From contig MU054323.1 of assembly GCA_013239625.1 (NCBI GenBank), positions 6,747,220 through 6,811,219 on the forward strand: a DNA stretch of 64,000 bases. The letters are read 5' to 3'. The position numbers and the translations under genes are program-made. The stretch's first letter is position 1; the number at the start of each line of letters is the position of its first letter. The notes beneath the pieces are model-generated. The model ran no database searches, had not been told where the DNA came from, and saw nothing but the letters and a program-made list of their open reading frames with translations. Shown here piece by piece: positions 12,860 to 24,944 of the stretch. This DNA is from Lama guanicoe. Its lineage: Eukaryota.

Positions 12860-13400
12860 TAAACTGATCTCTTAGGATATTTTAGTCTGTTTGGATACCA
12901 GGCATTCAAGTATCATCTCTTCTCTCACACCTTCCCACAATGGAATCAAGACTTATGGATGCTTGTGTGACCTTATAGTGGTGGAAGAATACCAGGACCC
13001 CCTCAGTCCATGTGTTGTCTTCCCTGGTTTCTCATTGGTCTCTCCTTTAAAGTAACTGGTCAGGCTACTCCCAGGAATTGTGACTACTGTGGTGCTACCA
13101 GAACTCTCCTTGGATGATCTTCAGATGTCTACAGCTGAAGTTTACAACTGCTGTTACTTGAGACTGTTCTCTTGGTTCCCAGGATGTATTGGCCATCTTC
13201 CCAGGTGTCACAGATAACATAAGGTCTGGCTGGGGCTTCCCGTTGGCTCCTTAACCAGGAGATCTCTTTCCCAGGCCTCTGCAATGGAGCTACTTTGACC
13301 CTATCACAGTGACCATTTCTGGCAAACTCACCATCCAGCATGTGAAGTTACCTTTCCTATATAGTACTCTAGAGCACATAGGTATTTCCCAGTGCCTTCC
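12860..13400 (-). mobile_element. Probable Gypsy-type LTR retrotransposon internal remnant (integrase C-terminal region; MamGyp-int-like)
   Basis: Frameshifted minus-strand peptides SLPEMV / DRVKVAPLQRPGKEISW...PARPYVI...EDGQYI resemble the Gypsy IN C-terminal pattern LPEL..GD.V...P...G...W......PRSY.V....G..Y. Confidence 0.5.
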
Positions 13401-14754
13401 ATGGCACACAGGAGAAAAGGGAGGCTCCAGAGCCCATCTCAGTCCCTTCCTCAATCTGATTGTGCTTCTGTGCATATGTTTTGATGTGATTAATCTCCAG
13501 CTTATACTAGGTATCTATGAGGGGAGATAAAAGCTTGGTGTAGGCAGGGAGGAGGGGTGTGTGTGTGTATGTGTGTCTGTGTGTATTGAGGGGATGAGGG
13601 ATGCTGCTGAAAGGCAGTCACTTTGCACTGTCTCAACATGAAGCAGAGCAGAAGCCATTCTGACTTCCAGGTTTCCTCACTCCTTCAAACATTCCTTTCC
13701 TTTTGCAGCCTCTACCTGGAGAGGGTCATGGGAGTACTGGTCTAATTACTTGCTTCTCCTGTCTCTGTCTCATTTCTTTGTCCTACAGTCCTTTGACCAG
13801 AACCAGGAATTTGAGGCTTCAGTTTACACTGTCTCTAGGTTTTATCCTCCTTCTACGCTAGGTATGGCAGGCATTATGTTCTGGCTGTCATGAGCAGAAG
13901 GGTTATCGGTTCTACAAAGTGGGAGAAACTGTAATCTGAGTCTTTCCGGCTTGTTCAGAAATATTGGTGTTAAAAATTTCCTTCTTTGGGAAAACCAGAC
14001 TATCAAGACTATTATCTTACTGTAAAAGACTTTCTTTAATTTAGAAAATAAAAATGAAATATTTCTCTTTTTATCTAAACTTCTCCAAAGAAATGGATGT
14101 TACCCATAGAATGTTGTAAAGATAGCAGAAGGAAATGCAAATGGGAAAAGCATATTAATAAGTGTTTTCATGATCATTAGGGTTTATCTACTCTCATTAC
14201 TCTTCCAAAATTACTTTATTTTTCTTATACATTTGCTCTTTTATCCTTTTATTTGTAGTATAGATTCTTACATGATTATGTTTCTAAAACATATTTTAGT
14301 TTTTATTTGATTTATATTAAACCTATAATTTTTGGATCAGTTTGTATCTTAATAATAATTTTCCCAAGCAGGAAGATAGTCTGTATCTCTATTTTTTTCC
14401 TTATCTTTTAAAAATATTTATCCATAGATTTTGTTAAATTTTGAAATATGGCTTTAAAATATAGGTCTCATATTCCTTTTTACATGATCCCCCCCTCCCC
14501 TTTTGGATTGTGTGTGTGTGTGTGTGTATCAGAGCAAAATCCAGTTTGCAAATCTGTTTCTTCTGTCTTGTCGCTGTTTCCTGTGTGGTGTTCCCGCTGT
14601 ACTTTGTTTATTTGTCTTTTCTAGAATTCCTTATATTAGTATTTACTTGAGTGGATCAGGGCAAAGGCAAGGGCTCAGGTATTGCTTAGCTTTATTTGCT
14701 TTAGTGCTTAACAAACTCCTGCTCTTAATAGGCATGGGGGAAGAGCAGTTCCTG

Positions 14755-14980
14755 TACACCTTCCCTGATTTATTTTTCTCCATAGTATTTACTATATTCT
14801 TACACACTATATTGTTTACTTCTTGGTTTTATTTATCATGTCTCCTCCCACTAAATTATAAGTGCCACAGAGGCAGGATTTTTAACTGTAGGTTGCTTAC
14901 TACTGCATTTCTAACACCTAGAAGAATACCTGGCACAAAGGTGACCAGTGATTATTTGTGGAACAATTAATTAATGAATT
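14755..14980 (+). mobile_element. L2 3' end
   Basis: tgtctcctcccactaaattataagtgccacagaggcagg...cacctagaagaatacctggcaca...attatttgtggaa...atgaat. Confidence 0.7.
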
Positions 14981-15284
14981 GTTCAAATTTAGATAATTGC
15001 CTAAATTCTGCCATACAATCTTTAAAATATGATAGGTATAAACTGCTGGTGTATAAAAAGTTTAAGTAATATAATTATAAATCTGATTGAGAGTTTAAAA
15101 GCCAGGACGACCTTAATATCATCTAATTATGTCCCATTTTGTGAAATGACCAAGAGGTGAAATGACTTGATGTAAGCATGAAGTCAGTTAATTGTAGAAA
15201 TAGAATGAGAATTTAGAACTCTTGAGCAAAATTGAATAATTAATAATGGCATTTGGATATGTGGTAGGCAGGGTGTGTGACTGT

Positions 15285-15495
15285 GGGTAAGAAAAAGCAC
15301 AGGCTCTGGAATTAGATAGATCCAGGCAAGTTACCTGCTCCCCCACGCATCTGCTTCCTCCTCTGAGAACCGGGAATAATTCTGCCTCCCTTTAGGTTGT
15401 TCTCAGACATGGCTGAAACAAAGCATGTTAACTTAAGAATGACACTGCCCAGCGCTTAGTGAAGGCTCAAGAAAGGCAGCTCTCATTATTACTAT
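15285..15495 (+). mobile_element. MIR (a second, minus-strand MIR fragment lies at about 15080-15230)
   Basis: agcacaggctctggaattagataga...ggcaagttac...gcttcctcctctgagaaccggg...cattattact. Confidence 0.65.
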
Positions 15496-16166
15496 TTAGA
15501 ATATTTTTTATCTGTAGCTTGTGGATCTGAAAGATCTTTAGATTTTGCTGGGATTTTAATCCCTGCAGTGTGCCAAACTCCCAGGTTCTCTGGATTGATG
15601 GGTCTTCTCTTTCTCTGGCCTAGAGAACACTCTTTTCTGACATCCTTTGCCTATTTGACACCTACTTATCTTTCAGGTCTCTTCTTACTTCTTTTATTTT
15701 TTAACTTTTATTTTGAGAATTTCTAAACATATACCAAAGTAGAGAGTACACTGAATCATTATGTATCCATTACCCACCATCAATAGCTATCAGCATTAAG
15801 TCTTTATATATGTCTAAAAAGCTTTTCTTTTTTTTCTTTTTAGTATGTAAATTTTTATTCTTTTTTTAAAACTTTTTTTGATTTATAATCATTTTACAAT
15901 GTTGTGTCAAATTCCAGTGTAGAGCACAATTTTTCAGTTATACGTGAACATATATATATTAATTGTCACATTTTTTTCTCTGTGAGCTAACATAAGATCT
16001 TGTGTATATTTCCCTGTGCTATACAGTATAATCTTGTTTATCTATTCTACAATATTGAAATCCTGTCTATCCCTTCCCTCCCTCCGCCCCCTTGGCAACC
16101 ACAAGTTTGTATTCTATGTCTATGAGTCTGTTTCTGTTTTGTATTTATGTTTTGTTTGTTTGTTTT

Positions 16167-19100
16167 TTAGATTCCACATATGAGCGATCTCATATGGTAT
16201 TTTTCTTTCTCTTTCTGGCTTACTTCACTTAGAATGACATTCTCTAGGAGCATCCATGTTGCTGCAAATGGCGTTATGTTGTCGGTTTTTATGGCTGAGT
16301 AGTATTCCATTGTATAAATATACCACCTCTTCTTTATCCAGTCACCTGTTGATGGACATTTAGGCTGTTTCCATGTTTTGGCTATTGTAAATAGTGCTGC
16401 TATGAACATTGGAGTGCAGGTGTCATCCTGAAGTAGATTTCCTTCTGGATACAAGCCCAGGAGTGGGATTCCTGGGTCATATGGTAAGTCTATTCCTAGT
16501 CTTTTGAGGAATCTCCACACTGTTTTCCATAGTGGCTGCACCAAACTGCATTCCCACCAGCAGTGTAGGAGGGTTCCCCTTTCTCCACAGCCTCTCCAGC
16601 ATTTGTCATTTTTGGATTTTTGAATGACGGCCATTCTGACTGGTGTGAGGTGATACCTCATTGTAGTTTTGATTTGCATTTCTCTGATAATTAGTGATAT
16701 TGAACATTTTTTCATGTGCTTTTTGATCATTTGTATGTCTTCCTTGGAGAATTGCTTGTTTAGGTCTTCTGCCCATTTTTGGATTGGGTTGTTTATTTTT
16801 TTCTTATTGAGTCGTATGAGCTGCTTATATATTTTGGAGATCAAGCCTTTGTCGGTTTCACTTGCAAAAATTTTCTCCCATTCCGTAGGTTTTCTTCTTG
16901 TTTTATTTCTGGTTTCCTTTGCTCTGCAGAAGCTTGTAAGTTTCATTAGGTCCCATTTGTTTATTCTTGCTTTTATTTCTTCTAGGAGAAAATTTTTGAA
17001 ATGTATGTCAGATAATGTTTTGCCTATGTTTTCCTCTAGGAGGTTTATTGTATCTTGTCTTATGTTTAAGTCTTTAATCCATTTTGAGTTGATTTTTGTA
17101 TATGGTGTAAGGGTGTGTTCTAGCTTCATTGTTTTACATGCTGCTGTCCAGTTTTCCCAACACCATTTGCTGAAGAGACTGTCTTTATTCCATTGTATAT
17201 TCTTGCCTCCTTTGTCGAAGATGAGTTGACCAAAAGTTTGTGGGTTCATTTCTGGGCTCTCTATTCTGTTCCATTGGTCTATATGTCTGTTTTGGTACCA
17301 ATACCATGCTGTCTTGATGACTGTAGCTCTATAGTATTGTCTGAAGTCTGGGAGAGTTATTCCTCCAGCCTCTTTCTTTCTCTTCAGTAATGCTTTAGCA
17401 ATTCTAGGTCTTTGATGGTTCCATATAAATTTTATTATGATTTGTTCTAGTTCTGTGAAATATGTCCTGGGTAATTGGATAGGGATTGCATTAAATCTGT
17501 AGATTGCCTTGGGCAGTGTGACCATTTTAACAATATTGATTCTTCCAATCCAAGAGCATGGAATATCTTTCCATTTTTTAAAGTCTTCTTTAATTTCCTT
17601 CATCAATGGTTTATAGTTTTCTGTGTATAATTCTTTCACCTCCTTGGTTAGATTTATTCCCAGATATTTTATTACTTTGGGTGCTATTTTAAAGGGGATT
17701 GTTTCTTTACTTTCTTTTTCTGTTGATTTATCTTTAGTGTAAAGAAATGCAACTGATTTTTGAACATTAATTTTGTAACCTGCTACCTTGTTGAATTCTT
17801 CAATCAGCTCTAGTAGCTTTTGTGTGGACCTTTTAGGGTTTTCTATATATAGTAACATGTCGTCAGCATATAATGACACTTTTACCTCTTCTTTTCCAAT
17901 TTGGATCCCTTTTATTTCTTTCTCTTGCCTGATTGCTGTGGCTAGGACTTCCAGGACTATGTTGAATAGGAGTGGTGATAGTGGGCATCCTTGTCTTGTC
18001 CCAGATTTTAGTGGGAAGCTTTTGAGTTTTTCACCATTGAGAACTATGCTGGCTGTAGGTTTGTTATATATAGCTTTTATTATGTTGAGGTATGTTCCCT
18101 CTATACCCACTTTGGTGAGAGTTTTTATCATAAATTGGTGCTGAATTTTATTAAATGCTTTTTCTGCATCGATTGAGATGATCATGTGGTCTTTGTCCTT
18201 TCTCTTGTTGATGTGATGTATTACATTGATTGATTTGCATATGTGGAACCACCCTTGTGTCCCTGGGATGAACCCCACTTGGTCATGATGTATAATCTTT
18301 TTTATGTGTTGTTGGATTCTATTTGCTAATATTTCGGTGAGGATCTTGGCATCTATCATCAGTGATACTGGCCTATAATTCTCTTTTTTGGTAGTGTCTT
18401 TGCCTGGTTGTGGTATCAGGATGATGGTGGCTTCATAGAATGAGTTTAGGAGTATTCCCTCCTTTTCAGTCTTCTGGAAGAGTTTGAGAAGGACTGATAA
18501 GAGTTCTTCTTTGTATGTTTGGTAGAATTCCCCAGTGAAGCCGTCCAGTCCTGGACTTTTATTTGTAGGGAGGTTTTTTTTATTGCTATTTCAATTTCAT
18601 TTCTAGTGATCAGTTTGTTCAAGTGGTCAGTTTCTTCTTGATTCAGTCTTGGTGGACTGTATGTTTCCAGAAACTTGTCCATCTCCTCTAGGTTATCCAG
18701 TTTGGTTCCATATAGTTTTTCATAATATTCTTATATGATATTCTGTATTTCTATTTTATTTGTTGTAATTTCTCCATTTTCCTTCCTTATTTTGCTAATT
18801 TGTGCTCTCTCTTTTTTCTTCTTTGTGAGTTTGGCCAGAGGTTTGTCGATTTTATTTACTTTTTCAAAAAACCAGCTTTTAATTTGATTGATTTTTTCTA
18901 TGGCTTTTTAAATCTCTATTTTATTTATTTCCTCCCTGATCTTTATAATTTCCTTCTGCTGCCTTTTGGGGTTTTTTGTTCTTCTTTTTCTAGTTCTTTT
19001 AGTTGGTGGGTTAAATTGCTTATTTGAGATTGTTCTTCTTTATTGAAGAAAGCCTGTATCGCTATAAACTTCCCTCTTAGCACTGCCTTTGCTGTGTCCC

Positions 19101-19961
19101 ATAAATTTTGTGTGGTTGTGCTTTCATTTTCATTTGTCTCAAGGTATTTTTTAATTTCAGCTTTGATTTCCTCATTGACCCATTGGTTTTTTAACAACAT
19201 ATTGTTTAATCTCCATGCTTTCCTTTTTTCTCCTTTGTTTCTCTGTTTTATTTCTAGTTTCATGGCATTGTGGTCAGTAAAGATGCTTGAGACAATTTCT
19301 ATCTTCTTAAGATTGTTGAGGTTTCTTTTGTGCCCAAGTACATGATCAATCCTAGAAAATGTTCCATGTGCACTTGAAAAGAATGTATATCCTTTTTTTG
19401 GGGGGTGTAATGCTCTGAAATATCCACCAAATCTAACTTTTCTGTTGTATTATTTAGTTTCTCTGTTGCCTTATTTATTTTCTGTCTGGAAGATCTGTCT
19501 AGTGATGTTAATGCAGTGTTAAAATCTCCAACTATTGATTGTATTCCCATCAATATCCCCCTTTATCTCTGTTAGTAATTGTTCTATGTACTTAGGTGCT
19601 CCTATATTGGGTTCATATATATTATCAAGTGTAATATCCTCATCTTGTATCACTCCTTTAATCATTATAAAATGTCCTTCTTTATCTTTCTTTATGGCCT
19701 TTGTTTTAAAGTCTATTTTGTCTGAAATCAGTACTGCAACACCTGCTTTTTTGGCTTTTCCATTTGCATGAATATCCTTTTCCATCCTTTCACTCTCAAT
19801 CTATATGTGTCCTTCTCCCTAAAGTGGGTCTGGGTCTCTTGTATGCAGCATATTGAAGGTTCTTGCTTTATTATCCAATCTGCCACTCTGTGTCTTTTGA
19901 CTGGAGCATTTAGTCTATTAACATTTACAGTAATTAATGATAGATGTATGTTTATTGCCAT
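16167..19961 (-). pseudogene. L1 ORF2 (endonuclease/reverse transcriptase), disrupted; C-terminal 730 codons (16167-18359) still open
   Basis: EN pieces MAINIHLSLITVNVNRLNAP..QET, GVAVLISDKIDFK and IVGDFNTAL lie in different frames; RT motifs [13 protein letters not shown] and LYADD; C-terminal [18 protein letters not shown]. Confidence 0.96.
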
Positions 19962-20336
19962 TTTGAACTTATATTTGCAGTTGATTTGGTATTTCCTCTT
20001 TGTTCCTTTCTTCTTCCTTTTGTGGTTTGGTAATTTTCCTCTATATTGTCATGGATTTTATTTAGTTTTTGTGACTCCCTTGTAAGTGTTTGGCTTGTGG
20101 TTACCCTTTTCTGTGAGTCTATTAGCCCATTACTATATCTCGAACCAATCCTACTGAAAACAAAAAATTTAAAAAAGAAAGAAAAAAATTCTCTATATTT
20201 TCTTGCTTCCCTCTCCATGCTTAATGATTTAGATGTCTTCTTTTACAATTTCATGTTTGTTTTATTTGTAACTCATGAGTTATCACCTTTCTAGTTATGA
20301 GTTTCTCTTTTCTGTAGCATCCTGCTGCTTTTGTAT

Positions 20337-21228
20337 TTAGAGTAGACCTTTCAGTATTTCTTTTAGCATGGGTTTAGTGTTGCTAAACTCTTAGTTTTTG
20401 TTTGTCTTTGAAATTCTTTCTCTCTCCTTCTAAAGGATAGCCTTGCTGGATAAAGTATCCTAGGCTGTATCTTTTTTTCATTCAGGACTTTGAATATATC
20501 TTGCCACTCCCTTCTGGCCTGTAGTGTTTGTGTAGAGAAATCAAATCAGAGATGGGGGTTCCCTTGTAACTCACTCTTTGCTTTTCTCTTGCTGCCTTTA
20601 GGATCATTTCTTTATCCTTGACTATGGCCATCTTGATTATGATATGTCTTGGTGTGGGTCTGTTTGGATTCTTCCTGTTTGGGACCCTCTGAGCTTACTG
20701 TACTTGGATATCTGATTCCTTCTTTAAGTTTGGGAAGTTTTCAGTCATGATTTCTTCAAAAACCTTTTCAATCCCCTTTGATCTTTCTTTCCCTTCTGGG
20801 ACCCCTATTATGTGAAGATTGGCACGCTTTGTATTATCCCATAGGTCCCTTATGTTGCTTTCACTTGTTTTTATTTGTTTATCTTGCAGTTGTTCTGATT
20901 GGGTGCTTTCTGTTGTCCTGTCTTCTAGGTCACTAATTCGTTCCTCTGCATTATCTAGTGTGTTTTACACAGCCTTTAGATCCGTCCTCATCTCAGCAAA
21001 TGAGTTTACTAATTCTACTTGGTTCTTCTTTATAGCTTTGATTTCATTTTTGACATATTTTATATCTCTAAACACTATCTCTTTTAGTTCCTTCAATACT
21101 TTGATCACTCCTTTTTTGAAATCTTGATCTAGTAGGCTGTTGATGTCTATTTCATTGATCGTTCTTTCAGGGGATTTCTCTTGTTCTTTTAATTGGGAAT
21201 GGTTTCTCTGCTTCTTCATCTTGCTCAT
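20337..21228 (-). pseudogene. L1 ORF1, disrupted
   Basis: Starts MSKMKKQRNHSQLKEQEKSPE; premature TAA at 20965-20967; later NLHIIGVPEG and the end EFSNTKPMLKEILKGLL*; span is not a multiple of 3, so there are indels. Confidence 0.92.
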
Positions 21229-21356
21229 ATCTCTCTGGCACTGTGGCTTATGGAGTATCAGTTATCTATTGTGGTCCTTAAAGGAGTTTATTTATTTACC
21301 TATCTAATGCTTATGTAGGAATAAAACTTAAAAAATAAAGGAGAGACAGAGAAAGA

Positions 21357-22035
21357 GAATTTTAAAAGAAGGGAGAAAAAAAGGTTTGAAAACAGTGTAT
21401 AATCAATTGTAGAAGTGCATTTTGAATCAGGCTAGCATTTGAGTTGAGACGTCTTTTTTTAAAAAACCCTTAAAAGAAAAAAGATCAAAAAACGGTATTT
21501 GAAACCTACTTATAATCAATAACGGGAGATGAAAACCAAAAGAAATGAAAATGAAATCAGGTGGATTTTTTAAAAAATAATATAACTACTTGAAAAGAAA
21601 AATTTAAAAGGAATTAAAACTAGAAGCATATATAATTGTTTAGAAAGAAAAATTTAAAAAGGAATTAATACTAGAAGCATATACAATTGTTTAGAAAGTA
21701 GAAATTAAAAAGATAATAAAAAATAGAACATTAAAAAAGATATGATAGAATTTTGAAAAGGGGGAGAAAAAAAGATTTGAAAACAGTGTATAATGAATAA
21801 TTGAAGAGCAAGTTGAAGCAGAATAGCAATCAGGTTGAGCTGTCTCTTAAAAACCTTTAAAAGAGGAGAAAAGTGTATAATAACAGATCAAAACCAAGAG
21901 AGAAAAAATGACATGATGTGGATTTTTAAAAATAATACTATTTTAAAAGAAAAATTTTAAAGAGATTAAAACTGGGAGGATATATAATTGTTTAAAAAGT
22001 AAAAATTAAAAAGGTAATAGAAAATACAACAGGTA
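21357..22035. repeat. Degenerate tandem duplication in the AT-rich part of the L1 5'UTR
   Basis: Two related units start at about 21357 and 21748 (gaatttt..aaag..gggagaaaaaaag.tttgaaaacagtgtataat); nested ~50-bp repeat at 21594-21643 and 21644-21694. Confidence 0.85.
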
Positions 22036-22049
22036 AAAACAGATTAAAA

Positions 22050-23253
22050 AGGGAGGGGCGGGGGTGTTTTCCTGGAGACCGTATGCTCTTAATGAGAAGT
22101 CTTTCTGTCTCCGCCCTGTTTCGCGAACTCAACTTGCTATTTCCAGAGGCCCTCCATTGGCGCCCTCATCTGGGCTGCTCCCAGTGCCTGTCGGCAAGGC
22201 GATCGCACCCCCTCCCAGCACAGATTTCCTGCCGGAAGGGGGTGGGGGCACCCGCCCTCTCCTGGCGCTGGTTGCTCCGCAGCTCTGTGTCGCTGCGCGC
22301 TTCGGGGAGGGGGGCCACCCGCCATCTCCCTGAGCCGGTAGCTCCGCAGCTCTGCGCCACCCTGTGCTCCGCCCCAGGTCGGCGCTCTGCAGGCGACCCC
22401 TGGAAGACTGCGGAACAGCCCCGCCTCTGCTTCATGTCCAAACTCAGCTCCTTGTTTGTCCTGGCAGCGCGAACTTTGCGAGGCACCAGGGCGGAAGGAT
22501 CCTATCTGACTTGGGCTGCAAAGAAGTCACTGTCTGGCCTTTGAGGCTGTGGAGACCCTAGGCGCAGATTCAGGTTTCGCCCCTGCCACCACCTGGGTGC
22601 CAAGCACAGGAGGATATGGCGGCTGCACTTAAGCCCCGCCTCTCCCCGAAAACCTTCCGTGGGTTTTCAGAGATGGGGTATGCACTCTTCCCCTCAAGGC
22701 ACATTAGCCCGTGCTGTTTTATGGAGGACCCAGGTAGTTCTGCCCTGTGTACGCACTCATCCACGTTGCACAGCACCCTGCAGTCCCCCAGGGGTGCCTT
22801 CAGTACAGCCGTCCCTGTCCTCCGCCCAGCAGCCTGTCCCAGCCCCCAGCGCCCAGCTCAGGTCTCGGGCTGTGTGTCGCAGGGACCCTCTGTGCCCGTT
22901 TAACTTAGGTTCTTTTGATCAAGGGCTACTCCGTACAGATCCGAGCCTCGGAAGCTCCCCTTCCGTCCTGCTGGCCTCTCCGTTGGAGGGTGGAGACCCA
23001 CTGAAGGAGTGCCAGTCCTCATTTGCCGCTCTTTCCCTGCGGGACCGGTCCCACACCATTTTGCCTATTCGTCTTTCTTTTTTTCCTTTCTCCTACCAGA
23101 TTTTTGGCATCTTTGTCTTTTGAAGAGGACAGTGTTCTGTTGGAGTTCCGGAGGTGCTCTGGTTGGCTGAGTGGGTCCGTGGATGTGAGTCTTGGTGTAT
23201 CTGTGGTAGAGGGTGAGCTACAAGTGTCCTCCTACTCTGCCATCTTGGCGTCC
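22050..23253 (-). promoter_or_regulatory. GC/CpG-rich L1 5'UTR internal promoter region with YY1-type motif
   Basis: Only CpG-rich stretch in the window; gccatcttgg (CAAGATGGC on the minus strand) at about 23239-23248, next to the 5' end. Confidence 0.75.
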
Positions 23254-24720
23254 TCTAAAAAGCTTTTCTTGATATCCCAATAAATAGCGTTTAGATTTTT
23301 TACCTTCCTAGCACATTAACACAATTTGCAATTGTGTATTTAATGTCTCTCTTCCCATTAGATTGTAAGCTCCATAAAAGCATGAGTTGTATCTATTTTC
23401 TTTATTGTGATGTATCCATTATCTTATGCAGTGCCTAGAACATGATAGGCACTGCATAGGTATGAATTATTTAATAACTGAGAAGGTTATTAAGTAACTG
23501 AAAGGTTACTAAGGAATTTGAACATCTGATGAAAACGTTTTGACTAACAGAGGATGAGAAGAATTACTTGGGCAGCTTTATATTAAAACTGTATATATTA
23601 AAACTGTCTTAGGTTCAGATTCATATACGTCTAAGGAACCTTGTGCTTTTAATTTTTTTCCCCCTAGTAAACTACTCTGCTAGAAAGGAAATTCACTGAC
23701 TTCCTGGCAAGGATATTAGTTGAGTTTGTAAAATACTGTTCATTGTAAATGACTAAATTTGCTTTTGGAGACCACCCTTGGATAAGATAAAATGATCCAG
23801 TAACGTACTAGACTTGTGGAGCTGAGAACTCAAGCACCTCAGTGACAATCTTGAGGCTCTTGCCCAGCCATCAGCCTGTCTCTTGTTACTATATGTAGCT
23901 TCATTTGGTGAAAATCAGGAAAACTGTTTTTCTCCTCAAATTGCTATCCCCTCCTACTTTTTTTTTTGTACTGTTTTGAAGCAGTAACCATGGTTACTAG
24001 TAGAGGCTCCTTGGAGTTTTAAAAACATCAGTCAGTTTCACAGCTGGAGGCAGAGTGATCTAAATAAAAGCATAAGAATAAAGCTTTATTGTGTTTTTTT
24101 CCCTTGTTAGAACTGAGTTCTTTCATTAGGGAGCACTTTGCATAAAGTGAAACGTTCTTTGTTCTCACTAGAGTAGACAATATTTTCATTTAAATTAACA
24201 GTAAGTTAGCACCTGGCTCCTTTTTAGAGTCAGGAAAGGAGGTAATGCTACCGCTCACCTGTGCACCTGAATCTAACCTCTTTGTCTGCCTTCCTTCTCT
24301 ATTTCTTTACCATCTTCCCTGGGCCATTAATGAGTGACAGTAATACTGACATTTGAGGCTCAGATGGATAAGGTTGTGAAGTTGCTGCTTCGGATTAATG
24401 GGGGTGGTGGGGAAAGGAATGAAGGTGCACTAAAATCTTGATACAGGGTACCAGGAACATATTTGCCAAGGTCAAGAAGAATCAAAGGCCAGCTCTTGTC
24501 ATGGGGCCAGAATAAGTGATTTCTAGAAGTAAATCTTGAGGGATGACACTGCTGAGAATGAAAAGGAAATCTATATTTAGTAAGCATCTAATATGTATTG
24601 AATACTTGCATAGGTACTTTTTACTATATCATGCTCTCTTTTATACTAGGCTGTGAAAGGACTCTGAACAATTTTCAAATAGTTGGTTTATACCATCTTG
24701 TTTCTTGGTGTTATCAAGAC

Positions 24721-24944
24721 CAGGAGTTGGCACACTACAGCCTATGGGCCAAATCCTGCCCATAGCCTGTTTTTTGATAAAGCTTTATTAGAGCAAAACC
24801 ACCATGCTCATTTGTTTATGTATAATATGTGGCTGCCTTTGCACTTCAAAGGCAGAGTTGAGTAGTTGCCACAGAGATTGGCTAGCTTGTAAAACCTGAA
24901 ATATTTACTATCTGGCTCTTTGCTGAAAAGTTTGCCAACCCCAG
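24721..24944. mobile_element. hAT-Charlie MITE, MER58A-like
   Basis: TIRs caggagttggcacac / gtttgccaaccccag; internal cctgaaatatttactatctggctcttt. Confidence 0.85.

Larger units (their letters stand above)
15830..23253 (-). mobile_element. Full-length LINE-1 (7424 bp), retrotransposition-defective
   Basis: 5'UTR, ORF1, spacer, ORF2, 3'UTR and poly-A all present; perfect 17-bp TSD tctaaaaagcttttctt at 15813-15829 and 23254-23270; starts GGACGCCAAGATGGCAGAG. Confidence 0.98.
15600..23470 (+). mobile_element. L2 fragment split by an old L1 3' piece (about 15690-15800) and by the full-length L1
   Basis: Left part cctacttatctttcaggtctc; right part 23271-23470 tgtctctcttcccattagattgtaagctcc...gcagtgcctagaacatgataggcact. 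Confidence 0.55.

Noticed and set aside
16669..21127. Plus-strand ORFs up to 186 aa (16669, 17788, 19043, 19768, 20819 and others)
   Set aside because: They are antisense shadows of L1 ORF1/ORF2, a common by-product of L1 codon composition.
22064..23283. Cluster of 60-154 aa ORFs on both strands
   Set aside because: They lie in the GC-rich L1 5'UTR where stops are scarce, and no domain is recognisable. An ORF0-like product cannot be supported from sequence alone.
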